Assembly: GCA_951406725.2 (NCBI GenBank) | Contig: OX597837.1 | Location: 10,912,001 to 10,976,000, forward strand | DNA: 64,000 bases | From: Octopus vulgaris | Lineage: Eukaryota | Reading direction: 5' to 3' | In this document: piece by piece, positions 49,440-61,040 of the stretch | Layout: each line of letters starts with the position of its first letter | How positions within the stretch are numbered: position 1 is the first letter of the stretch | Made by a program: the position numbers and the translations under genes | The notes under the pieces: generated by a model | Databases searched by the model: none | The model's input: only the letters and a program-made list of their open reading frames with translations | What the model was told of the DNA's origin: nothing

Positions 49440-50290
49440 CAAGTTCTCTATGCCTGCGGGACGTGGGTCACATATCGATACCACCTTAAACAACTGGAAC
49501 GTTTCCATCAGATGTGCCTCAGACGGATCTATAGCATTAAGTGGAAGGACCGCATCAGTGATCTTGAAATACTCGAAGGCTCTCGGTGTGAAAGTATAGA
49601 AGCTCTTGTGTTAAAGCAAAGGCTCAGATGGAGTGGTCATCTGGTCAGAATGAAGGATTCAAGGATGCCAAAACAACTCTTTTATCGAGAGTTAGCTAAA
49701 GGAGAACGACCTCCACATAAACCAAAAAAGAGGTATAAGGACTTGTTGAAGGCTTCCTTAAGAGATGCTTGCATCTCTCCTGACACATGGGAAGGCATAG
49801 CTATTGATCGTAGCAGATGGAGAAGGATTGTGCATGAGGGGACAGCCACGTTTGAGAAATCTCGAGTTGCACATGAGAAAGTAAGGAGGGATGTCAGGAA
49901 GGGCATCGCTGTTACACTTCCAGAAGGGAAGGGTCTTCCTTTGACTCTGACATGCAATGTCTGTGCAAGACCCTGCCTCAGTAAACTGGACTCATGAGTC
50001 ATCTTCGTAGTCATAAAACGAGACAGATGAGTGACAACCTGGCCACTGGTGGTGGTGTAACACACCATACTAATCATATCTGTCGGGCATGTGGAAGAGA
50101 GTGTAATTCGGCAGGAGGACCTAAACGACATGCAAAGGTACATGAAGCCCAGTTACAACTACAGCCGGCTATTACGAGTAAAGGTCTTAGTTACCAATTT
50201 TGTACCAGACATTGTAGATCTTTAGCTGGGCTAAAATGTCACATTCGATCACAGCACCAGTAACAGTTAAGCTTAGTGCAATGGCCATAC
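49440..50290 (+). mobile_element. RTE-type LINE 3' fragment with C-terminal C2H2 zinc fingers, nested in a SINE
   Basis: CLRRIYSIKWKDRISDLEIL...RLRWSGHLVRMKDSRMPKQLFY...DRSRWR; three CxxC...HxxxH units; SINE head at about 49358-49440 and SINE tail at about 50317-50590. Confidence 0.88.
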
Positions 50291-50980
50291 TCGATAACGA
50301 GGGGCAGCCATAATAATGTATGTATGTATGTATGTATGTATGTATGTATGTATGTATGTATGTTTGCATGTATGTATGTATGTGTGTGTGTGTGCGTGTG
50401 TCTTTGTGTGCGTTTGTCCCACGACTACCGCTCGACAACCGGTGTTGGTGTGTTTAAGTCCCCGTAAACTAGCGGTTCGGCTAAAAAAGACGGATAGAAT
50501 AAGTACCAGGATTTAAAAAGAAACAAAATCAAAAAAAATTCTTCGTGGCGGTGCTCCAGCATGGCCGCAGTCCATTGACTAAAACAAAAAAACAACAAAA
50601 GACGACCTCAAAAAACAAAACAACAACAACAACAACAACAACAAAACAAAAACAAACAGCAGGCGAATGTCTTCGCAACAAGCTGGCGTCCTGTTCAAGA
50701 AGTCATGTCGAGAACTCGATCTCTTTTACACGCCAAGGACACCAGATAACGGGGCCTGTGTGCGTTTTAGGATTCCAGGCAGCACTGACTATGCAAACGT
50801 CTGTGTGTCGCTCATGATGGCCTAGTTTCGTTAAGCTTTTTCACGAATGGAATTTATTCAGTTTCAAAGCTATGACCGAGCAACACAGATAAAGTTTAGA
50901 TACCATGATACCATGTCAACATGTGCCATACAATGATAAAGTTTAATGGGGGAGAGACCGATATTGTGCGTATGTGTGTG

Positions 50981-51045
<65 letters not shown>

Positions 51046-51432
51046 TCGTATATCCGAAAAAGAAGCACGGTTTGAAACACAAAAGCATTAAATTTATAGA
51101 AGGTTGTTTGTCATAGCCGACCAGTGACTGACCGGACATTGTTCTCTCTTTCACTCTCTCTCTCCCTGTGTTCCTCTTTTTCTATCTCTGTCTTCTGTGT
51201 ATGCGTGTGTGTGTATGTGTGTGTATACAAATGCACACGCCAAAACACCCCCCTATACATACATACATTTACATTCTCTCTCCATTCTCCCCCCCCCCCC
51301 CCCGTTAATCCTTTCTGTCGAAGAGCGTCGGCTCGAAACGTAAAAGACCTTTCCATTCTTTCCAATCGTTAAACTAATACACCTGCTTGTTGTTCTACCA
51401 CCTGTCTTCGTCTTTTGTTTTCTGTAAAATTG

Positions 51433-51481
<49 letters not shown>

Positions 51482-51588
51482 CATATATGGGTACAGGACG
51501 TCACCAACAGTATACAACATGAAATACGGAAACAAATGAGTTGAATACGCAAATAACGAGAGAAAAAAAGGATATGTAATATACATAC

Positions 51589-51642
<54 letters not shown>

Positions 51643-51750
51643 GAAAAATTCGCAAAAAAAAACAAAAGATAAAAGACGAAGACAGGTGGTGTAGACAACA
51701 AACAGATGTATTAGTATAACGCTCTCTCTCTCTCTCTCTCTCTCAATACG

Positions 51751-51781
<31 letters not shown>

Positions 51782-51793
51782 TACTTATCCTAT

Positions 51794-51865
<72 letters not shown>

Positions 51866-52196
51866 GTGTGGCAGTGTAGTAAGAAGCTTGCTTCCTAGTC
51901 ACATTTAAGACGGCGAGCTGGCGGAATCGTTAGCACTCTGGACAAAATGCTTGTCAGCATTTGAACGCTGGGATTGATGTAATCGACTTATCTTCACATC
52001 CGAAATTGCTGGCCTTGTGCCAAAATTTGAAGCCAGTATTAATTTACGGTTCTTAAAGCTTAAACTCCCACCATCCCTAATTTTCAGTCCCATTGCGTGA
52101 CACCTTGAGTAAGTGTTTTCTACTATACATTCGGGTCGACCAAAGTTTTGTGAGTGGATTTGGTAGACGGAAACTGAAAGAAACCCGTCGTGTATA

Positions 52197-52227
<31 letters not shown>

Positions 52228-53605
52228 GTTTGTGTGTGTGTGCGTGCGTGTATGTTTCTATGTTTGTCCCCCTATCATCACTTGACAACTGGCGTTGGTG
52301 ATTGCATCCCTGTAACTTAGCGGTTCGGCAAGAGAACCGAAAGAATAAGTATCAAGCTTTAAAAACAAGTACTGGGGTCGATTCATTCGACAAAATAATT
52401 GAAAGCAGTGCCCCAGCATGGCCGCAGTCTTGTGACTGAAACAAGTTCGAGAATAAAGTGTGTGTGTGCGTATATATATATAGCGTTTATTTTTATCTTG
52501 ATTGTGTCAGTAGATTGTGGCCATGCTGGGACACCACATTGTTGAACTTTTAGTGGAAAGATTTGAACCTTGTACCATTTTTAAAGCATGGTACATATTC
52601 TTTCGGGCTCTTTTGCCTGAACCGTTAAGTTGCGAGGACGTAAACACACCAACACCGGTCGTCAAGCGATGGCGGGGCACACACATTTATATATGACAAG
52701 CTTCTTTAATATTTTTGTCTACCAAATCCACTCGCCAAATTTTGGGTTGGCCTTAAACTGTTCAGGGTTCCACACAGCGGAGCTGAACCCGGAATCATGT
52801 GTGTGTCTGCGAGAGGTAGAGATAGAAAGATAGAGAGATAGAGAGAGAGAGAAAAAGGGGTGGGTATTTGGAGGAAAAAAAAACAGGGCCCGTGTCCCAT
52901 CGCCCGAAAGGTGGAATTGAACCACTCTGACGTCAGTCAGCTACAGGTTTGAAGCCTGCACTCCAGACCACTGAAGCTCGTTCGGGCAATAGATAATCGT
53001 ATAGCGGCCTTATATATAGCCATAATTACTGCTGATAAATTTTAAACCAAGTTAACTAATTTACATTGCTGTTATTAAAAACTGCGTAATGAAAAATATT
53101 TTTGAGTATAAAACACAAGACAAGTTAATAACAGTATTTAATATGACATAATCATAATTTTTAAAGAGTTAGTTGGCAATTAGTAACATGTTTTGAGCTA
53201 GTTTCTGAAAAGAAATTAAACTTTATGCATAAACATGTAGACCAGACATTAAAAGTCAACATAGAAAATTAAAAACAACAATAAAAAAATTAAAGAAATA
53301 GACTATTACAGTTCTCGTCTGCTTGATGGAGGGAAAGATTAAATTTCTTAGCAGGGTGACGACGAAGAAAATTGATTGTAACGTAGTGGGACAGTATTTT
53401 AAGACATACAAATTGTATATGTGTGTAAGAAGCACACACACATATGTACACACACACACATATGTACACACACACACACACACACACACGTTTATGTATA
53501 TATATGGTCAGCTAACTTACTGTACTGGAAGCTAACTGGATAATGATTGTCTACATGGAGCTCTAACTCGTACAGTAGCAGTCGTACATTTAACCGTACG
53601 GAAAA

Positions 53606-53636
<31 letters not shown>

Positions 53637-53637
53637 C

Positions 53638-53680
<43 letters not shown>

Positions 53681-54419
53681 GTTTAGCGTCCGCTTTCCAT
53701 GCTGGCATGGGTTGGACGGTGCAACTGGAGTCTGGGAAGCCAGAAGGCTGCACCAGGCCCAGTCTGATCTGGCAATGTTTCTACGGCTGGATACCCTTCA
53801 TAACGCCAACCACTCCATGAGTATAGTGGGTGCTTTTTACGTGCCACCTGCACAGGTGCCAGACGAGGCTGGCAAACGGCCACGGTCGGATGGTGCTTTT
53901 TACGTGCCACCGGCACGGAAGCCAGTCAGGGCGTCGCTGGCACGGCCACGTTCGGATGGTTCTCTTATGTGCCACCGGCACTGGTATCACAGCTACAATT
54001 TCCATTGATGTTGATTGATTTAGCTTTTGATTTCACTTGCCTCAACAGGTCTTCACAAGTAGGGTTTTGTGTCCCAAGAAGGAAAGGTATGCATAGGTGG
54101 ACTGAGGCCATGGGTTATGGTCTCACTTGTCCTGCCGGGTCTTCTCACGCACAGCATACTTCCAAAGATTTCGGTCTCTCGTCATTTCCTCGGTGAGACC
54201 TAAAGTTCGAAGGTCGTGCTACACCACCTCATCCCAGGTTTTCCTGGGTCTACCTCTTCCACAGGTTCCCTCAACCGCTAGGGTGTGGCACTTTTTCACA
54301 CAACTATCTTCATCCATTCTCGCCACATGACCATACCAGCGCAAACGTCTCTCTTGCACACCACAACTGATGCTTCTTAGGTCCAACTTCTCTCTCAAGG
54401 TACTTACACTCTGTCGATA

Positions 54420-54420
<1 letters not shown>
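53638..54420 (-). mobile_element. RTE-clade LINE 3' end with (GAT)n tail
   Basis: LREKLDLRSI...RRLRWYGHVARMDEDSCVKK...GRGRPRKTW, then a 3' UTR ending GGACGCTAAACGATGATG. Confidence 0.88.
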
Positions 54421-54498
<78 letters not shown>

Positions 54499-54514
54499 AT
54501 ACATATATACATAT

Positions 54515-55642
54515 TGTTACGGTTGGCTAAGTGCATTTCGGGTTTAATTAGTGTAGTGTTTCTGGTGACCCACATCGTGGATATGGTTCCAGTATGTCTG
54601 GTGAAAATGTGACAGTCTTTTGTCTAATGGAGGACTAATGGGTTTTGGAATGACCTGTGACCTCGTGCGGCTGAGAAGAGGGTCAGGAGAATGTGAAAGA
54701 AAAGGGACAGATTAAGGGCTGAGGGCAAATAGAAAGGATAAGCAGTAAGGGACAGATAGAGAGGCTAAGGGATTGAGGCGATATAGATAGAGTAAGGAAT
54801 CAGAGAGCAGTTAGAAAGGGTAGGAGCGATATAGACAGAGGGAGATGAGGAAGTGGAAGTCAGGACAAGGAAGTGAGGTTCTGGGCAGTCGTTGAGCGGT
54901 CGTCGAAGAACACAGACGGACTCTGGAGGTCAGAGCGAGTGGATGGAACCTTGGATTTAAGGAGCAAGCGTTGGAATTCCTGGGAGCGAGCTGGGATGCG
55001 AGGAGGCCTAGGAGCGAGCAATTGGAATATGCACAGAGGGGAATTAGCAGAGTATTCAGAGGATTTAGCAGTATTGAGAGGAATGGGACACTGGCAGATT
55101 CAATTGGGAATTGAGGTATGTGTTGTGCATTGATATGTGTCACGGTGTATTGGACAGTGAAGAGAACAGTCAGAGGACTCTGTCGATGTGGTCGATAAAG
55201 GACATTGTGAGTTGAAGAGTAAAGGACTTGTTGATGTGACGTTATCTGTGATGTGTACCTTTGAAATACTGTATATGACTTGTTGTGTCTCCGGACTGAT
55301 ATATTGTTACATGATGTTGTTAAATGCTTGATCTGTGGTATACCTGTATGATGTATTGATTTGTTGTATTATGTATTGAGTAGTCACGTGCATGCTTTGA
55401 TGTATCTTGATGTTGTAACAATTGGATTGTCATATAAACTGTTGTTTGAATATAAGCCAGTGTCTCTGTTGCCTTGCCTCTCTTTGGGTTGTATCTCGGG
55501 TTGTGCCTCTGTATCTCTGTGCTGAGGTTGTGGTTGTTGTTGTATCTCCTCTCCTCTCTCCGCCTCTTTGGGCTCCGTGGCGGAACTTGTGTGAGCCGTT
55601 CGGGACGGGCGACGACGGGCGATTCCAGTCCGTTCCGTAACA
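54515..55642 (+). repeat. 5' LTR
   Basis: Near-identical to 57637-58764 (3 substitutions noticed by eye). Confidence 0.95.
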
Positions 55643-55644
55643 AC

Positions 55645-55662
55645 TGGTGTCAGAAGTGGGAT
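55645..55662 (+). promoter_or_regulatory. Primer binding site (tRNA-Leu type)
   Basis: TGGTGTCAGAAGTGGGAT is the reverse complement of the metazoan tRNA-Leu 3' end ATCCCACTTCTGACACCA. Confidence 0.85.
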
Positions 55663-55700
55663 TGTCCTGATTGCTGCGTTTCGATCGGTTCTTTTTCGTT

Positions 55701-57629
55701 ATGGATTTGTCTGGTTGTCAGACCGGAGACGAGGAGATTTCGCTTGCTCTGATTGTGGAGATGTTAAGGGGCCAGATGGCGCAGACGGACGCGTTCGTGG
55801 AGAGAATGGACAGGAGGCGACAGGGCTTGTGGGCAGATCAGCGGGAGCTTGAGGTTGCGGATGGGTCAGCTTTGAAGGATCGGTGTTGGACCGAGGATAG
55901 CGACGGTCCTGTGGGCAGAGATTGCCCGTCGAACGAAGCATCGAGGGAAACAGATAGTGAAGGAAGTGTTGCCGAAATCTGTGATGCTGGACCGGCTGTG
56001 TTTGCGGAACCTGGGCTGGTTGCCGAAATTTGTGACGCTGTACCCAAGAAATCTTGTGATTTGGAACCCGTAGAGGTTGAAGTAACCAAAAGGCCTGTGG
56101 AAGGTGTTATGGCTGATGCTGTTGTTCCGTGTCTGGAGCCCTTGGCATCTCGACCCCTGTCTCTCGGAGCTCAGGGCGAAGAGCTGGCGAGGTCTGGGGC
56201 GAATGTCGCTGAGTCCGAGGTTCCGGCTCTGTGTGTGATGGTCGCGGCAGGTGCTATGCCGTGTGCGGGTCCTTTGGTGTCTGGACCCCTGTCTCTTGGG
56301 GCCCAGAGGGACTGTATGGTTCCCACTGTGGAGAGGCCACAGGCGTGGATGGACTGGCGGCCGAGCGTGCGTGTTGTGAGGCCTGCGGTACGGAAGCTGG
56401 TGAGGAAAAGGACCAGGCCCGTTGACGAGGCGAGACGGCTGCGAACGGTGGTGGGTCCACCGAGTCCAGGAAGACTGCTTCAGCGTTGGGTGAGCTTTGT
56501 GGTTGATGGTTGCTTGGGGCCGGTGGAGCCCGACAGGCAGTGCCTAGTGAAAGCTCGATTGAGGGTCGGGTGGACCCTAGTGGAAGCAGAAGCTGGTGGA
56601 GCGCTGGCTGGGTCGGCCGATCTTTTGGAAGTGGCACAGGCGATTTGCAGAAGGCAAATCGAGGAATCGTGTCAGATGGCGAACCAGTGGTGGGGCCAGT
56701 TCTGCCGATACGGCAACGCAGTTGAAGGAGTTGGTGGCCCACGGATGCAGTTGAGGAGGCGGTCCGCAAGGAGTCGCTGGTGCTTTGTTTGCACTTGGGG
56801 GAGCGCTGTGTTCGATGGTTGCGTGGGGCCGGTGGAGCCCGACATGCAGTGCGGAATAGGAACTCAATTGAGGGTCGGCTGGACCCTGGTGGAGGCAGAG
56901 GCTGACAGAGCGCTGGGTGGGTCGGCCGATTTATTGAAGGCTGCGCAGGCGATTTGCAGAGGGCAAATCGTGGAACTGCGCCGGACGGTAAACCAGCGGC
57001 GGGGTCAGTTCTGCCGGTGCAGAGATGAAGTTAAGGGAGTTCGTGGTCCGCTGATGCAGTTGCGGAAGAAGCAACCGTTGGTGAAGAGCGCAGGACGTTG
57101 GTCGCGAGGGTTGTTGGATGCTGGTCGCACGGACCGGGCAGAACGTTTCGTCGACCAAGGCGGTCGTCGCTTGAGGAAGCAGCGAGGCCGGAGGAAGGCC
57201 CCAGTACAGCAGCGCAAGAAGAGATATCGGCGACAGGGAGCAGTGAAAGGACAGAATGGTCCGTGGTCGTCAGCGATAATTGCGCGGAATGGAGATGGTA
57301 CAGCAAGGTGCTACGTGGGCTATAGAGCCCTGAGGAAGGTGGCCACTGTGAAGGATTGGCCGGACCCTTCCTGTGTGAGGGATTTGAGGAACTTCCTCGG
57401 ACGGTGCGCCTATTGTGGGCGGCTAGTAGGAAGCCTGGCGGCGTTGGCGGAGGTGTTACCCAAGCCGCAGAGGGAAGGTGCCAACCTGTGGCTGGTGCTG
57501 AGGTGGTGGCCGTGGGAGGTGAGACCCCCGGAGGAGAAACCACCCGAGGGGACCCCCAGCCCCTGGAGAGTCTGCTGCTCGGAGGTGCGAGTTTGTTATG
57601 CTTTGTCGGGTCGACAAAAGCTTAGGTAG
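55701..57629 (+). CDS. Single internal ORF of the LTR element (642 aa from first ATG) with vestigial RT segments
   Basis: Uninterrupted frame from just after the PBS to a stop inside the PPT. The C-terminal PWSSAIIARNGDGTARCYVGYRAL|VKDWPDPSCVRDLRNFLGRCAYC corresponds to the Gypsy RT start joined to the RT thumb. Confidence 0.75.
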   Translation: MDLSGCQTGDEEISLALIVEMLRGQMAQTDAFVERMDRRRQGLWADQRELEVADGSALKDRCWTEDSDGPVGRDCPSNEASRETDSEGSVAEICDAGPAVFAEPGLVAEICDAVPKKSCDLEPVEVEVTKRPVEGVMADAVVPCLEPLASRPLSLGAQGEELARSGANVAESEVPALCVMVAAGAMPCAGPLVSGPLSLGAQRDCMVPTVERPQAWMDWRPSVRVVRPAVRKLVRKRTRPVDEARRLRTVVGPPSPGRLLQRWVSFVVDGCLGPVEPDRQCLVKARLRVGWTLVEAEAGGALAGSADLLEVAQAICRRQIEESCQMANQWWGQFCRYGNAVEGVGGPRMQLRRRSARSRWCFVCTWGSAVFDGCVGPVEPDMQCGIGTQLRVGWTLVEAEADRALGGSADLLKAAQAICRGQIVELRRTVNQRRGQFCRCRDEVKGVRGPLMQLRKKQPLVKSAGRWSRGLLDAGRTDRAERFVDQGGRRLRKQRGRRKAPVQQRKKRYRRQGAVKGQNGPWSSAIIARNGDGTARCYVGYRALRKVATVKDWPDPSCVRDLRNFLGRCAYCGRLVGSLAALAEVLPKPQREGANLWLVLRWWPWEVRPPEEKPPEGTPSPWRVCCSEVRVCYALSGRQKLR

Positions 57630-57636
57630 GGGGTAG

Positions 57637-58760
57637 TGTTACGGTTGGCTAAGTGCATTTCGGGTTTAATTAGTGTAGTGTTTCTGGTGACCCACATCGT
57701 GGATATGGTTCCAGTATGTCTGGTGAAAATGTGACAGTCTTTTGTCTAATGGAGGACTAATGGGTTTTGGAATGACCTGTGACCTCGTGCGGCTGAGAAG
57801 AGGGTCAGGAGAATGTGAAAGAAAAGGGACAGATTAAGGGCTGAGGGCAAATAGAAAGGATAAGCAGTAAGGGACAGATAGAGAGGCTAAGGGATTGAGG
57901 CGATATAGATAGAGTAAGGAATCAGAGAGCAGTTAGAAAGGGTAGGAGCGATATAGACAGAGGGAGATGAGGAAGTGGAAGTCAGGACAAGGAAGTGAGG
58001 TTCTGGGCAGTCGTTGAGCGGTCGTCGAAGAACACAGACGGACTCTGGAGGTCAGAGCGAGTGGATGGAACCTTGGATTTAAGGAGCAAGCGTTGGAATT
58101 CCTGGGAGCGAGCTGGGATGCGAGGAGGCCTAGGAGCGAGCAATTGGAATATGCACAGAGGGGAATTAGCAGAGTATTCAGAGGATTTAGCAGTATTGAG
58201 AGGAATGGGACACTGGCAGATTCAATTGGGAATTGAGGTATGTGTTGTGCATTGATATGTGTCACGGTGTATTGGACAGTGAAGAGAACAGTCAGAGGAC
58301 TCTGTCGATGTGGTCGATAAAGGACATTGTGAGTTGAAGAGTAAAGGACTTGTTGATGTGACGTTATCTGTGATGTGTACCTTTGAAATACTGTATATGA
58401 CTTGTTGTGTCTCCGGACTGATATATTGTTACATGATATTGTTAAATGCTTGATCTGTGGTATACATGTATGATGTATTGATTTGTTGTATTATGTATTG
58501 AGTAGTCACGTGCATGCTTTGATGTATCTTGATGTTGTAACAATTGGATTGTCATATAAACTGTTGTTTGAATATAAGCCAGTGTCTCTGTTGCCTTGCC
58601 TCTCTTTGGGTTGTATCTCGGGTTGTGCCTCTGTATCTCTGTGCTGAGGTTGTGGTTGTTGTTGTATCTCCTCTCCTCTCTCTGCCTCTTTGGGCTCCGT
58701 GGCGGAACTTGTGTGAGCCGTTCGGGACGGGCGACGACGGGCGATTCCAGTCCGTTCCGT

Positions 58761-58764
<4 letters not shown>
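57637..58764 (+). repeat. 3' LTR
   Basis: Direct repeat of the 5' LTR, preceded by a polypurine tract. Confidence 0.95.
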
Positions 58765-58795
<31 letters not shown>

Positions 58796-58798
<3 letters not shown>

Positions 58799-59153
58799 TT
58801 ATATATAAAGCTGAAGTTGTCTGTGTGTGGCAGGTTTGGTAGCCTTCAACTAACACTATCTCCTCCGAGACCCTGCGGCGCAAGTTGGACCAAAATTCAA
58901 AAAAATTCAAATCGGACCATGTTAAGACCAAAAATTATTTACATCAAAAGGTTGTTTTTTTTCTATGAAAATCCCTATTTTTTACAATTTTTTGACTGCT
59001 GTGTCGCCATTTTTTCGGTGTATTTCAACCAGAAAAATGTTCACTTAAAGAGAATAACAAGCTACATAATGCAAAATTTTTACTTTTCAAAAATTCCAAT
59101 TCTAAAGGTTCGAAAAGAAAACAAACCCGAGCAACGCCGGGCTATACTGCTAG
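58796..59153 (+). mobile_element. Non-autonomous Helitron
   Basis: A|TC 5' end, GC-rich hairpin CCCGAGCAACGCCGGG at 59126-59141, CTAG|T 3' end. Confidence 0.75.
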
Positions 59154-59154
59154 T

Positions 59155-60420
59155 GTTCTATAAAACTGAAATAGGTATTATTAGCAAATATATTTTGGAT
59201 CGTATTTTAACTAAGTTAGATAGTGAATTAGATTTGAGAATTTGGAAAAATAGTAAGTCAGTGATAGATTGATTTAAAGGGATTAGCCATAAGCTTAACT
59301 GCAAATTTACACAGTTTGATATTATTGACTTTTACCCGTCAATATCTAAGACTTTACTCCTAAAAGCATTAGACTTCGCCAAGCAGTATGTCAACATCGA
59401 TAACTCGGAAATTGATATTATCATACTTGCGAGGAAATTACTTCTTATTTACGGGGATTCCACCTGGGTTAAGAATAGTGAGGATTTTCTATTCGATGTA
59501 CCGATGGGGGCATACGAGGGGGCTGAGTTATGTATGCTCATAGGAGCTTATATTCTACACAATCTAAAACTAGAATTCCCGTTTATAGACGCAGGATTAT
59601 ATAGGGATGACGGCCTTATAGTCACCCATAATTTAAGCGGCCATGAATCAGATAAGCTTAGGAAGGGTCTTATTGCATTCTTCCAAAGGATGGGCTTACA
59701 GGTTACGATAGATATTAACCTGAAAGTGTAGATTTTTTAGATGTAAGTTTGGATTTAAGGTCGGATAAATCAAAACCTTACCGTAAGCCTAGTGATAAGC
59801 TATCTTATATTAGTAAAGAATCCAATCACCCGCCAGTTATTCTTAGGTAATGTAGGTAGACGAATATCGTCAATTTCTTCGGATGAGGTAGCATTCTAAA
59901 ATGCCGCACCTTATTACAATAGCGCATTAAGGAATAGTGGATTCTCTGAGAAGGTCCAGTATAACCAACTTAATGCTAGTCGTAATGCTACACGTAGAAC
60001 TAGGACTAGGAAAGTTTTGTGGTTTAACCCATTTTTCAATATGACCGTAAAAACAAATATAGGTAGGGCATTTTTAAAATTAGCCTCTAGACATTTTCAA
60101 CCAGACCAGAAGTTTTATAGAATATTTGATAGAAGAACGCTTAAGATTAGCTAGTCTTGCTGCAAAAACTTCACCTCTTTTATTAACCAACACAACAGTA
60201 GGATAAGTGCTAATAATCATAGTGCCGATTCTCTTCTTAAAAATTGTAATTGCAAAGATTGGTTCTCCTGTCCGTTGGAAGGAAAATGTCTGGAGAAAGG
60301 AATCGTGTATAGAGCCAAAGTGCAGATAGAAGGCTCATGCGAATATAGAACTTATACAGGGGCTTCTGAAAATTCTTTCAAAACCCGATTTTATTCGCAT
60401 GAAAATTCCTTCAGATATAC
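59155..60420 (+). mobile_element. Penelope-like element (RT + GIY-YIG), degenerate
   Basis: QFDIIDFYPSI, PMGAYEGAELC, LYRDDGL, SNHPP, CNC...CPLEGKC, GIVYRA...YTGASENSFKTRFYSH; in-frame stops. Confidence 0.9.
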
Positions 60421-61007
60421 GTCAGGACCTAGACATGTTTTTATATGGATGTTTGTATCCCCCTCTCTCTCTCTCTCGCACTCTTCCTTCTTGACTCTCT
60501 CGTTGCTCACACGTAACCAACGGCTATCCATCTTCCTTTCTTCCACTTCCTTCCTAAAGATAAGACGTGCTTTTGCCTGTCTCTTCTCAAAGCTCGTTTT
60601 TCCAGCGTTCACCACTTCACATCGCCTTTGCCTTCACCGTTTATTTTTACTGTTTTGTTCTTACTGTCCTGTTTTTGTTACCACTTTAACCCTCCGCAAA
60701 AAATCCCAAATTTCATTTAATTTGCTTTGCGGGAAGGACTGTTTCAATGAAGTCACGTTTTGTATCTATCTTCGAAACGCGGAGTAGATAAACCAGGGGA
60801 CAACTGATGAAGGGAATGTTCTTTATGTTGCTTGTCTCGTTTCAATATTTGTTTCTTTCGTTGTTAGCAAAACAGTTCGTTTTCTATGTTTTGGTTTTTT
60901 GTTCTCGTTTCTCATTTTGTTGACGTTCTTTTTCGATGCCCTGTACCCATATATGCATGTTTGTATACATATATGTTTGTATATGTGCATATATATATAT
61001 ATGTAGG

Positions 61008-61040
<33 letters not shown>

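Larger units (their letters stand above)
54515..58764 (+). mobile_element. Non-autonomous Gypsy/Ty3-type LTR retrotransposon (4250 bp)
   Basis: Two 1128-bp LTRs (54515-55642, 57637-58764) bounded by TGTTACGG...CCGTAACA; PBS at 55645-55662; PPT AGGTAGGGGGTAG at 57624-57636; ATAT on both flanks within a (TA)n tract. Confidence 0.95.

Noticed and set aside
54811-55643. Duplicated ORFs, also at 57933-58765
   Set aside because: These are incidental frames inside the two LTRs.
60740-60830. Hammerhead downstream of the Penelope-like ORF (GAAAC near 60775, CTGATGAAGGG near 60804)
   Set aside because: I could not assemble stems I-III in a consistent order.
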